A stretch of 64,000 nt of DNA from Chrysomallon squamiferum (taxonomy: Eukaryota > Animalia > Mollusca): contig CM022672.1 of assembly GCA_012295275.1 (NCBI GenBank), forward strand, positions 12,400,001 through 12,464,000, written 5' to 3'. Shown in pieces: positions 51,678 through 64,000 of the stretch. Within the stretch, counting starts at the first letter, position 1. The number at the start of each line of letters is the position of its first letter. The notes under the pieces were generated by a model. It made no database searches and had not been told where the DNA came from. It was given only the letters and a program-made list of their open reading frames with translations. A program made the position numbers and the translations under genes.

Positions 51678-53337
51678 ATATTTACTAAATCCCATCTGAA
51701 ATTGATTTTCTATTTTTAAAAGATGGTCACTTAAGGGAAAATGAACTCTTAGAAATGTAAACTCTTCTCTTATCAGCCTTATGCTTGTACATCTAAAAAA
51801 TTAGGATAATGAAAAAGGATATAATATAATATTTCAAGTTCATTAATAGTTTATTTTTGAAACATTATTCTAGCTACAGCAGTACTATTCCAAATAGTTC
51901 TCAGTTTTGTATATTTGTTACTATTATTCTTACTGTTTATTTCTTCTTTTTTTTATTATTCATTTTTTTTTTTTTTTTTTTTTAAATACAGGGGGTAAAC
52001 TTTGCTGGAGCAGACCTTTCAAAGCTGGATTTACGTTTTATAAATTTTAAATATTCCAATATGAGAAATGCAGATCTGACAGGAGCTAATCTTTCAAACT
52101 GTAACTTTGAAAGAGCTGATCTTACAAAAGCCAAGATCAATGTAAGTTTTAATTTGCATAACATTAAGAAAATTTCCATAGCTTGTAAAAATGTATAACA
52201 AAAATATTATGTTTTTATCTATACCATTACTGTAGTAATTAAATTTTAAATCACAGTAAATCTATTTCACCTTAATTTTAAGATAACAAGAGATGAAATG
52301 CCCTTTTATATAATTAATTTGTTTAACAGTTTTGATAAAATATGACAATAAAAATTTTATTTTTTATAATGCTGGTAATTTATTTTAAATTGCAGTCTGC
52401 AAATTTGCAGTCAGTGAAGATGCTTTGTGCAATATTAGAACATGCTTCTCTGAAAGGGTGTAATTTTGAAGATCCTGCTGGAAGTAGGGCAAATATGGAA
52501 GGTTAGTTGTATTATTATTATTTTATTGCATTTGAGTTTAAAAAATATTGTTGAGATTACATTCTAATTATGTTGATAAAAGTTTAAATTAGGGAAAAGT
52601 GTTAAGTAAAGTTTTTTCGTTTTTCTTATTCAGATTCTTGCCTATAGTTGAACTCTAAGCTGTAATTTACTGAAGAACCTATATTCTTGTTACAGTAATA
52701 AAGGAAATAAAATTTAATATTGTCAATAAATAAATGGCAAAATTATTCATAAAATTTATAAAGCTGTTTTTAAGAGCACATAGATTTATACAAATTGTCT
52801 ATTTTGAAGGTGCCATTATGAAGAATGTGGACCTTGAAGGCAGTCACATGGCAGGGGTTAATCTGAGAGTAGCAAATCTGAAAAATGCAAATCTTCAGAA
52901 CTGTGCTTTGAGGGGTGCTGATTTGGCTGGTGCTGACCTTGAAGTGAGATTTATAAATATTATATGTGATAAACACTATCAGATAAAGAAATGGATTGAA
53001 ATATTGGTACAGGATTAAAAAAGGAGAAACTAATTAGTATATCTGCATTGCTTTGATTTTTTCATTTATGCTAGTTTCAAAAGAAAAGAATATTTCTATC
53101 TATTTATTAAAAACATCTAATTTGACAAAACATTTATATCATCAGATAATTATTATTAGATCTCTTATATAGTCCATATCAGATTTAAATAACAGTTTTA
53201 TATATTTTAAATTATTTCAGAATTGTGATTTATCTGGCTGTGATTTGCAAGAAGCCAATTTAAGAGGTGCCAACCTTAAAGGTGCTGCATTTGAATTGAT
53301 AGTGAATCCCCTACACATGGCTCAGACTGTCAGATGA
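47758..53337 (+). CDS. KCTD9: BTB/POZ domain and pentapeptide-repeat protein KCTD9 (404 aa, 12 exons)
   Basis: Exons 47758-47805, 48922-49043, 49358-49407, 49933-50062, 50310-50371, 50618-50749, 51122-51189, 51447-51542, 51992-52141, 52396-52501, 52810-52943, 53221-53337. Domains are KHA ([14 protein letters not shown]), BTB (WVTLNVGG...[19 protein letters not shown]) and pentapeptide repeats, ending PLHMAQTVR*. Confidence 0.96.
48217..48300. repeat. Compound (CT)n(CA)n microsatellite in KCTD9 intron 1
   Basis: About 32 CT units followed by an interrupted CA run. Confidence 0.95.
49470..49765 (+). repeat. Degenerate SINE-like repeat in KCTD9 intron 3
   Basis: The order of motifs ACTGGTATAACAAAGG...AAAGATCTGCTGATGCTAATC...AAAATATGTTGAGT...CATTTCTTCATTCCTT recalls a gastropod SINE family (from memory). 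A related core, CTGTGTGGGGTTGTACATTAGATCCCTTGCT, is at ~59893-59923. Confidence 0.5.
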
Positions 53338-55547
53338 CATAGGGATGTGGCCCTCGAGTCACTTTTACTTTGAAGATCAACATTTCGACAGTCTGTGTTA
53401 TTATTATGACTGCATATTGTTTGATTGAACTTGAGGGCATTACCAGATGATCAGCTTAATTTATAACCAGTGAGGAAATGATAAGCAATATCATACGTAT
53501 TATACAAAAACAAATTTGTTATATTTACAGCTGCACTGTGTTGTATGTAAGCTCCAAATAATGCTAAAATGGCCAGAAGTAAATATACAAGATTGTGAAA
53601 TGCCATTATAATTTACTATGGATGTTCTGAGCAACGAAATTAGATATATATTTTGTGCTTTTGATATGATGCCTTTATTTGACAGACCATGCTGTTGGTA
53701 TATTAGTTTATATGTATAATTACAACATTCAGAATGAATGTGATAATGTGAACTTTTGTGATAATTTGCAAGGCATTTTAAAATTATACAAGTGTTACTT
53801 TGTTATTTTCATAAAAGTGTGAAATCAGAAAACTGTTTACCAAATATTTGTTACTGATTTCAATAAACATGATTATGAAAAAGATACTTCTGGATCATCT
53901 TAGTAGAATCTCATCAAGGAAATCTTTACCTCATGTTAAATAAAAAGTTAAATGCTGTTTTACTGCCACTTAAAATTAAAAATATAGTGGGTTGTTTTTA
54001 CTTAGATTATGTTAATTTATTTATATGGATGTTTGTTCATAGTTTTTTAATACATGGAGTAATCTTAATAATTTGAACACAAGATTGTCTGTTTAAATAA
54101 AATAGTTATTATGCTGTATGTAATAAGTATATCTGTATAAAAAAAAATAAGAATAAATAAAAAAATAAAATAAAAAATCCTGCTCCTTATTCAGATCACA
54201 TCACTGGAAAACAAAAACAGCATAATCCTCAAAAATATATAATTATTATGCAGATTTTTATTCATACATTTCACAATTTGGAATGAGCTATTTGAATTGA
54301 TAATACTGAAATAGAAGACTTTGAGATTCACAAGTTACAGAAGTAGTAGCTAGTTTATTTTCAAGATATCCAATATACAGAAATTTATTTATTGATAATA
54401 TTAATAAAATGATTTTTTTTTTGTAGGAAAGTTTTATGGCTTTTGTTTTTGTTTTGATATTTATTTTTCTTTCCTGTATCATAGAAATTAATGACTTGCA
54501 CAAACAGAACAAATCAAGACATATATTAACAAAAAGGTCCATTCCCACTGATATTATTTCACAACCAAATATGTAGATGTATATTAGGTTCTGAAATAAT
54601 ATCAGTGATAACATTTTAGTTTTGTTCAACAAGTAATTTCATTTCACTATAATATTTTTGTGGTAAATTTGTTCTAATTATATTTCACTGGTATTATACT
54701 TTGGATGTAAAGTCAGCTTGTTATATGTACATTATATACATTTCAAATTCATAATATTTAGAATCAAGAAGCTCACTTGGATAATTATGTTTAAATCATT
54801 ACTGCTTTAGCCATATTCATTCCAGCTTACTCAGGGTTTGTTTTCCAAAACAGCATGCAGAAAGTGACAAAATGTCTGTAATATTTTTTATGGTATTAGA
54901 AATACCTTTGTATTTTGTTGGCAGAACTACATACAGGAGCAATTACACACACGTACATGTATTTATTTCATTATGAACAACAAACCTTTGAAATACATGG
55001 TAAAATTAATCACCCTTTTATTTTGTTTATAGTATCAAAATAACTAGATTCTTTTTTTCTGCACTGCTTCTAAAAATTATTTACTCAAACAATTGATTCA
55101 ACAGTCATAGTATTATACTTGTATTAACAAGTTTGTTTTTTCATTTTTAAATTAGATTAGGTCTGCACCAGCATATTATTGTTTCTTATTTGTTTGATTT
55201 AGGTGGTTTTATAATAATTATGTAATGTATTATTGTAAAATTTATGAAAATAAAATGGCACTGGTTTTGTCCAGACTTAATGCACTATTGTTTTGCATAT
55301 TATAATCACAGCATTAAAAATGAAAACACGGTCATCTGTCAATGATGTCTGTATTTGTCGGTTTTATATTTGGGGAAAAAACATTTCTACTTCAAATAAC
55401 TTTTCATAGCTTTTTCTTTTTAAATTTACTGTGATTTCTTTTATTTTATTTTATAATGTTTTTATTATTTTTTTTTTTTTTTATAAAACTTGATATAAAA
55501 AAAATACACTTTGAATAAAATATATTTTATATAATAATCAAAAACAA

Positions 55548-58500
55548 CTAATTGGACATCCAGATATGTGAAGCTAGTTCCACAAGACAGTTCACTCTGT
55601 TTGAATCTGTTATTTTTAATTCATATTCTGGAGTACCTATTTTTGATCCCATTGAAATTCCTGTTTTTCTGAACTTCATTTTTGAAGCCTGGCTACTCTG
55701 AGCTGAACCATGGAATTCTCTGGCTCCTGTAATTTGTAGAATTCGGTCTAAATTTCTTTCATGAATACCTCCACCTAAATAAAAGAAAAAAGATTTTCAA
55801 TGGAATACTTACTTATCTTCTTATTTTTTCCATCATTTGTATTATTATTTTTTTTTTTTTAAATGTTTTTATACAGGTGTTTAATGTTAATAAAAATACA
55901 CTTAAAATATTTTTTGAAAAACAGAAACATCAAGAGTGCGTATTTATATTAAGAAAATTATTATAAAATACTCACCAGGCATAATTACAATTTTTCCTGC
56001 AGCCTGTTGAAAAGAATATTTTTCAGAATCAAGAATTTTTTATTCATTCCATATTGCAAGAACATTAACTATGAAATACATATAAAAGGTTTTTTTCACA
56101 ACATTTCAAGCATTTAATTCAGTGTCAAAGTCCTTATACAAAAATACATACAAATGACACACACAAATGAAATATTTCTTAAGCTTTATGTTTCACATAT
56201 TTTCAAAAATAAAAATATGTAATTAGAAACAATCTAGATGGCACAATTTTTTAGGGCAAAATACAAATAAAAATGAACTGACATTTTAAAAGTAACTGTT
56301 CAACAATAAAGTGTAGGTTTACCATTTCCACCATTTTTTTAATGACATGAGCTCCTTCAAGGGCAGATGACTCTCCACCACTTGTCAAAACTCTTTCAAA
56401 ACCCAAGTCTATTATTGTTTGTAATGCACTAAGGATATTGCTGGTCATGTCTATTGCTATAAGAAATTAATGAAAACAGTCAGTAAATCAAACTACCTGT
56501 TATTCATTACATAATTAATACTGTTACATTGAAACTTCAATAATATTATCATTTACACAATCATTTTCTAGTAAGATTAGGTGAACAGAAACAAAAATCA
56601 GTTGTGAAAAATAATTTTAAAAATTAACATTTACCTCTGTGAAATGTAGCTGGAAGTGGTCGAATTATGCCTGAAAGGAAAGAAGAATGTATTTAATAAT
56701 ACATAAAATACATTTGAAATATATTCCTTAATGGTATCATCATATAATTTAGTATAAATCAGTGAATATTTTTATCAGTGTTGTGTTGTAAATTATTGAA
56801 GATACACCATTCTAAAATGTTTCATATGATAAATTAATGTGCTTGTTTGTCAAATTTTAGTAGCATCTCTAATCTATATTTTGAAAGCACAATATTTCAT
56901 TAGAAATGAAAGAAGAAACCCACTGATATTCCAAAGAATAATCACATTAACTAAATGAGATAAATAATAATTCTGAAACTACCACAGTTTACTAGTACAG
57001 TAATAATTTGGTAAATGAAGACAAGGGATAAATACAACAGATTTTCATCTGAATTGAAAAGACACAATAAAATAACCAACATATATATATGTAAGTATAT
57101 GTCAAAACACACACATAATATTGTGTAAACCATTACTTTCTAAATGTTCTGGATTATATAAATGGACAGTCAACCTATAACACAAATGATACCTACTCAA
57201 CATTTCAACTGTTGCCTCTTCATTCACTGATCCATCACTGAAATTTCAAAAGGTGCCATGTTTATTTAAAATTCAGATTTATTAGTGACAACATATACTC
57301 TTCCCTAGTGGAACAACCTAATGCACTGAGAATAAAAATTTAATTTAATAAAAACCTCCATTCAGACAAATTGCATAATTTTACCTGTCTGAAGCATATT
57401 TACTCCAGTATTTCAAAACCGTTGAACGTAAAATTATAATAATTAGTGGATGTTATATTTAATGGATACCATGTAATGGAGAAACGATACTTGCTCATGC
57501 AAGATGCCAAACACAAAACCATCTGCCCCTGCCTTTTTTATTGCTGCAATGTCCTCTTTCATTATCTGCAGTTCTGTTTCATTGTAGCAAAAATCCCCAC
57601 CACGGGGTCGGATCATCACAAACACAGGAATCTTAATATGCTGTTTGATTACCAACAGTGTACCTGGTGTTATTTCCAAAATAAATAAATAAATAAAATA
57701 TTTTTATTGTTTGAAAAATTAGCAAGGCTATGAATTTTGACAATAATGAGGAAAGAAACAAACAGAACATTTATGATTATAGTGTTTTAAATTAGTTACA
57801 GGTGTAACAGAAGAGACTATTGCTTTAAAGTGTTATATATCTTTAAGTATCTCTCATATGTGAATACACTTTCAAGGTTTGCACTGTTCTAAATCAAAAA
57901 CAATATGCAATTTCACTACTAAATAGTCAATAATGATTATACATTTTACAGTTTCAGTAATATACCTACAGATTTGTAGAATGTACAATTTTTCCTTGAC
58001 TTCAGTAATAAATATTTAGCTTAATATATATATATATATAAGTTCCTAAACAAAAAATTGAAATGAATGAAATTAAATATAAGTTAATTATTGGATTTAT
58101 TTACCGATACTAGGAGTAGTACCACCTTCCAAAAGATTAGCACACAATTCAAGCCTTTTTGCACCTGTAAAATAAATAAACTTTACAAGAACAAATAAGT
58201 TACAGAAATAAAATTGAATAATTAAAAAAAATTAATAATAATAATTTTTCTTGAAGTAAATTAATTAATTCATATAATTAAGCTTTCTGGAATATTTAAT
58301 GCAGATACAAATTATTGTTACATAACCTTATGAATAAAAGCAGATATTGATAAATTAGCAAAGCATATTAATTCAGACAAAAAAGCAGTGCATTATTAAA
58401 ATATAATAGAGAATCACTAACACGCTAGAAATCGTTCAGTTGTTTCATTTTTCTGTTTATTTAAGATTAATTAATTCCTTTTGGTTTTAATAAGACAGTT

Positions 58501-58569
58501 TAATAATAATAATAACAATAATAATAATTGATGATGATGATGATTATTATTATTATTATTATTAAAAAA

Positions 58570-58615
<46 letters not shown>

Positions 58616-58820
58616 TAGCATAATGTAGTAGACTAGTAGTAGTTTGTTTTATCCACTGATTATAATTATTATCAGCTTCTGAAATGAAACAGAAAAAATA
58701 ATACATTATTTTTATTTATTTATTTATTTATTTTTTATTTTTTTAAATTTTTGGGGAAATTCATTAACCTCCATTTTCAGCATTGCTAGCCGATTCCACA
58801 GAATCCACGCAGACTTCCAT
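55548..58820 (-). CDS. CUTC: Copper homeostasis protein CutC homolog (248 aa, 8 exons)
   Basis: Exons 58820-58769, 58164-58105, 57663-57495, 57237-57197, 56670-56635, 56456-56323, 56003-55976, 55774-55548 (747 nt). Motifs MEVCVDSVESA, RLELCANLLEGGTTPS, MIRPRGGDF, TFHRAID, RVLTSGG, MPGGGI. Intron 3 is GC-AG. Confidence 0.96.
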
Positions 58821-58997
58821 TCCGTTTTGAGTTTTGCACGTGCCTCTGTTTGCGGAAGTTGTTTATTCGACAAACGTGTCATGCGCACTGGTTCCTGAAG
58901 AGGGAATTCGTATGTAGCGTTTTGGAACGTGACTTGTGCCTACTGTAAAATATATTAATTCTGAGTTCTTTTTGAGAATTGCCACAGAGTGATTATA
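58821..58997. promoter_or_regulatory. 177-bp bidirectional promoter between CUTC and COX15
   Basis: Divergent ATGs at 58820 and 58998 in a CpG-rich stretch. E-box CACGTG at 58837-58842, ETS/GABP-like CGGAAGT at 58853-58859, NRF1-like CATGCGCA at 58880-58887. Confidence 0.85.
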
Positions 58998-61900
58998 ATG
59001 CTTTCAAGCATAGGAATCCTTCGATCGTCGCTTTTTAGGAGCACTGTGAACGTAGGACGTTCTTTTCAGCAAGTACCGCGGTTTTTTGATCAGGTAAATC
59101 CATGGATTTTGGATACTTCGGTGTTTCAAATTCACTGTAAATTACTTTTCAAACTAAATTATCACCTTTATTTCATAGTGCATTATTTGGACACATGCAC
59201 TTTTTGGAAATAATAATAAAAAAAAATTCGGTATTAAAATAGTCACTGTTGTCACACTTCAAATACTAAATTCGACCTAATTAATGTGTATATTACTATA
59301 TCATTTATATGTACTTGTTTGTCGAGATTTCTGGCATTCGTTTGTTATGATTTGATACACATTCATGATTTATTATGTTTAAAAGTTGGTTTGAATCTGT
59401 TCAAAGTTATCGTATGTTTAAATAATAATTCTAATTTTATTTTTATGTAATGTCACAGTTTGCCTTTGACAGATTGCATCACATTCTTTGTATCCTCAAA
59501 CAGTGACATGGGCATAGCGCCGGGTTGTTGGTACGAAGAATTAGCCAAAATATATTTAGTTATTTCGTGCACATAAAAAAGAATGACAAGCCTGCAATCA
59601 GTAGAATCTGCTGTGGTTCTGTTTTTAACTAATATTGTAATAATAATAATAATTTAAGAAAACTACAATAGTAGTAATAACAAAACCAACCAAAAAGTGG
59701 GGAATCAGATTATTGTTGGTTGCATAGTTTAATTGCAACGCTTCATAATACAATATCTTGACTAATTCTGTTACAGTTACAACCAGATGTAGCGCTGATC
59801 AGTTTATAATAAGATATAATCTTCTTTTTCTTATTTCCTATCACTGTTCTTGTCCCACAGTTTTCACAATACATCTGGTACCTGGTTTCTTTCTGTGTGG
59901 GGTTGTACATTAGATCCCTTGCTCCTAAAAGATAACGGTATACTACAGTATGCATCTCATTAAGAATTCTTTTTTTATATGACTGACTCTCAGTAATTGC
60001 AGATATCAATATCTGAGGTTTTGTTTTAACTCAAGGGAGATAAGTCAATACTTCCTTAAGTCGGAAACAAAACAGGTATTTTATCAGTGACTGTCGTCAG
60101 AAATGATGATGGGAGAAGGAAAATAAATAGTTGTTTTAACCAGATGAAGAGAGAATTTTATATTTGTAGCAAAATAAATAAAAAATTTTAAAATCCAAAA
60201 AAAAAAAAAAAAAATGTTCTTCAAGAGATATTTATATCTAAACAACGAGATTACCAAAATGTAATAAAATAATGTATTTAATTAGCAGAAATAAATATTT
60301 ATTAGTGATTTACATTAGCAAGATAATTTTACTAAGAAGTGTATGATAGGAACATAAGTAAAATATTTTACAGGTTCAGTGCCCAAAATGTCTTCGAATT
60401 CTTCCTCTTCAAGGCACAAGACAAATGAGCCAGACCATGTCAAAGCAAATGCAGCCTTCAAAATCTGTAAGAAATGTTTTTATTCTTCCTTTTAAAATAA
60501 TGAACCAAACATTTTATTATATTAGAGTTTAAACACTTACAGTTGTCATTATTATTTTTTTTTAATTTATTAATTTATAATTCACAGCACAATGTATTAA
60601 ATTAAATGTGTTTGTTTTTAATGTTAGGAACTAATTTCTTTAAGTACAGTTACATTTTTAAAAGCAATATTCTACTAATTGGTAATTTTTAAAACAAAAA
60701 AGAAACATTTTTAATTCTTTTTTTCTTTTTAAATTTAAAATATACAGCATTGTTATCCATTTATTTTAGAAATTTCCCAGATTTAATTTGGTTAATGCAA
60801 TTCAAAGGACAACAACACAAGCACAGTTTTCAGATATCAGTGCCCAGGCTCAGAAAATTGTTGGAATATGGCTTTTGGGGTGTGCTGGGATGTGCTTTGG
60901 TGCTGTTGTTCTTGGAGGGGTAACCAGGTAATACAGGTCTTTGTTCTGATATCTTCCAAATAATATCAGTTTTTAAATTTATTTTAGTATATTCTGAAAT
61001 AAGTAAAAATACATCTGTTTGTGTAATTTTATAAAGTATTCACATTTGTTTAATGTCTTATTAACAAAGTGCAGTGAATTTATATATATATATATATACA
61101 TGGCATATTTTATTCATATCCAAATTAAAATCACAATACTAAACTGAATGGCCTCGGTAGTCAATTCGACTGTATGTGTGGTAATAATAATTAATATATA
61201 GTTATTCACATAAACGTTATTGAAAAGAATAACAAACTGTATGAAAACTGCTAAAATTTTATTAAGTATTTTCATCAAGTGATAATTTACAATGTTTGCA
61301 TTTTCTCATATTAAACTGAATTTGTCTCTAGGATGTAATCCAGCTTAAATTAAATTACATCTGATATTGATATTTTCTCTGAGTGTGTTCGGTTTTTATG
61401 GAAATTCATTTGCATCATAACTAATCTTCTTAGTATCTCAGATGGTTTATTTAGCTTACCCTGGCTCAGTAATCAGTAATACTTGGTAAGAAATGGATAT
61501 GTAACTTCATTTCTAACTGATGTTTAGTTATACTGTATCTTGTAGGTGACATTTGAAAATAAAATACTCCATAATTATCAAATCTTGTTTTATTCAGAAT
61601 CTGTTAATGTAAAAAGAAATAAAATATAATTTATCAAGATCATCTCAATTTTGCATAAATTTGTTTGAATGTAAGCAGGTGTTTACTTGTTGCATGAACA
61701 TTTTGTGTCCTGCTTGATATTTACAATTATTGTACCTAAAAGATTGATGTGTTTATTACTTTATATTCTTTGAAGTGCCAACCTAAAAACCAGGGATCCT
61801 CTGACATTTATACCACTGAAGTTATAAATATATAATTTAAAAACAAACTTATGTGTTCATTGTTTTGTTACCATAATATTAGTATTTCAAACTGTTTTGT

Positions 61901-63123
61901 TCCTGTGACTTGCAAAACCTAGATCTAATGGTGTTGCAGTGATGTGAAAATTGATGCCGTGAATTTTTGTATTATGGGATTATCATGGTTATGACATTGT
62001 GTGCTTTCTTTTTTATATATATTTGACAGAGAATTATTTTATATTTTTTTGTTTCTATTTCATTTTTAGACTGACTGAATCAGGATTATCTATGGTTGAC
62101 TGGCGGCTTGTCAAAGACATGAGGCTACCAAGAAATCAGAAAGAATGGGAAGAAGAATTTGAGAATTACAAAAAATTCCCAGAATACCAGTAGTAAGTTT
62201 TTGTTAGTAAATTTTCTAGTCTTTGTCTTCTTTACTGGACCTTGACAGACATTAATTAGTTAATGCCTGTGATTTTTAAATTATGAAATGAATTTTTTGT
62301 ATTCAGCAATATATGTAAAAATTTGTCTTAAATCATAAACTTTAATTTCTTAATATTAATTAGTATTGTTTTAAAGGAAAACATGAATTTTGATGCATTC
62401 ATTAATACAATATTAAATCATAATATATATTTTTCAGCTTTTCAGCTCAGAGAGAAGTGACTCTTTCAGATTTCAAGTTCATATATTTCATGGAATGGTT
62501 TCATCGAATTTGGGGTCGAACAACTGGGGTTGTGTTTGCATTGCCTGCCATTTATTTTTGGAAAAAAGGATGGATTGCTCAACAGATGAAAAAGCGTGTT
62601 TTGATATATGCAGCTCTGATTGGATTTCAAGTCAGTGGGTTTAGAACTTTACCAAAATGAAATAGTTTATATTCTGCTTTTCTTTCTGGATATTGTCATT
62701 TCTTTTTTTACATTTTTTTTCTTGTCAACTATCCCTTATTTGTAATGTATGTCTATCCAAAATTAACATATGCTGCATTTTACCAAAAAAAAAAAAAAAA
62801 AAAAAAAAAATTCAGTTTCAGTAATAAAATAGAATTCTACAGAAATATTTGAATTTGTAAACTAATGGGGATTTTTCTTTCATTTCTTATTTTAAAAAAT
62901 TTTATATTTTTTTATTTCAGGGATTTATGGGCTGGTACATGGTAAAAAGTGGGCTGAAACATGACATAGACATTCCAAGAGTGAGCCAGTATCGTCTTGC
63001 TGCACATCTTGGTACAGCCATTTTTCTCTACAGCTTGTTCCTCTTTGCTGCTCTTGGACATTTGACTAAACCAGCCCTGGTATGAATTTAACTGAGATTT
63101 ATATTTTTATATTACAGCAACAT

Positions 63124-63155
<32 letters not shown>

Positions 63156-63795
63156 CTTTCTTTAAATACAACTTTGGGTTATAATTCTACAAATTCCAAA
63201 GAATATATTTAGAATTATATCAGTTACCACCACTGATTTGTAGTTAATAACAATCTGAAAAGTTTTTTTATACTCTTGGTCTGAATGTGTGTAAAACAGC
63301 ATTTTAGTAATTTCTTTTTCGTGTTAAATGTTTTGTCATTAAAATGGTAAGAATACTTACTTGTTTGAGAAAATATTTTAATAATTCTTCTTCATTCATT
63401 TTTTTATATTATCTACATAACAATTTTATTTTTGCAGCTTGCATCTACAAAACAGATAAGCCGTCTTAGAGGCATGGCTCATGGTGTACTTACAATGACA
63501 GTCGTCACAGCCATGTCAGGTGAGAACACACAATTTACTTGTGAGTCTCAAACAACAGATACATTTAGTAAAAACAGTAAACTTACTGTTTTACTTGGGA
63601 TTTTGAAATCACTGTGTTCAGCTATTTTATTATTCTGCAGGTGCCTTTGTGGCTGGACTTGATGCTGGACTGACATACAACAGCTGGCCAAAGATGGCTG
63701 ACAAATGGATCCCTGATGATCTCTGGGCTTTTGTACCAAAATGGAAAAACATATTTGAAAATCCAACCACAGTACAGTTTATCCACAGACATCTT
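58998..63795 (+). CDS. COX15: Heme A synthase COX15 (partial; continues beyond the window)
   Basis: Exons 58998-59093, 60374-60466, 60770-60927, 62070-62192, 62438-62630, 62921-63079, 63438-63519, 63641-63795. Basic/Ser-rich presequence, then [66 protein letters not shown]. Confidence 0.96.
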
Positions 63796-63798
63796 GTG

Positions 63799-63847
<49 letters not shown>

Positions 63848-64000
63848 ATTTGTCAGTTATCTGTAGTAAAATAACAGCCAGAAAGAAGACTGTGTTACTA
63901 GAAAAGAAATAAACATAAACAGACATCCTGCTGTTTACTAGCAGACAAAACTGTACAATTTTATTTAAATGCTTAACCTTTAAAAGAAGATATTTCACTG

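Noticed and set aside
17069-58706. ORF-track peptides rich in poly-L/I/N/K/F (e.g. 17069-17306, 24397-24588, 28333-28564, 58500-58706)
   Set aside because: They are translations of microsatellites and homopolymer runs.
59743-60009. 88-aa antisense ORF with CENC motif nested in COX15 intron 1
   Set aside because: It starts at TTG, has no recognisable homology, and its centre overlaps a degenerate SINE-like core on the plus strand.
1-64000. CRISPR arrays, operons, prophage or other prokaryotic systems
   Set aside because: All genes are spliceosomal-intron-containing eukaryotic genes, and no regularly spaced repeat-spacer array was seen.

Overview
This is an AT-rich, intron-containing invertebrate nuclear window. 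It is most likely molluscan (gastropod-like), inferred from the VWA/chitin-binding gene type and the repeat style. Manual splicing gives seven complete housekeeping genes: TRMT112(-), POLR1H/RPA12(+), INPP5E(-), ANAPC2(-), PPIL3(+), KCTD9(+) and CUTC(-). It also gives the 5' part of COX15(+). Six of these eight genes form three compact head-to-head pairs. Between INPP5E and ANAPC2 lies an accessory block with three non-autonomous DNA transposons, a tRNA-Ala(CGC) gene and two secreted VWA-domain genes. One VWA gene is a TSP1-like + VWA protein. The other is a 791-aa protein: signal peptide, an uncharacterised domain with lysozyme/lytic-transglycosylase-like motifs, VWA, and four chitin-binding-like Cys repeats; it is the best novelty candidate. 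Other notable signals are a ~240-bp intronic inverted repeat in ANAPC2 whose loop copies another intron of the same gene, a duplicated acceptor creating a possible 5-nt microexon in KCTD9, a GC-AG intron in CUTC, a duplicated acceptor/start in POLR1H, and a visible CpG boundary at the tRNA gene. All calls were made by eye; no database searches were run.
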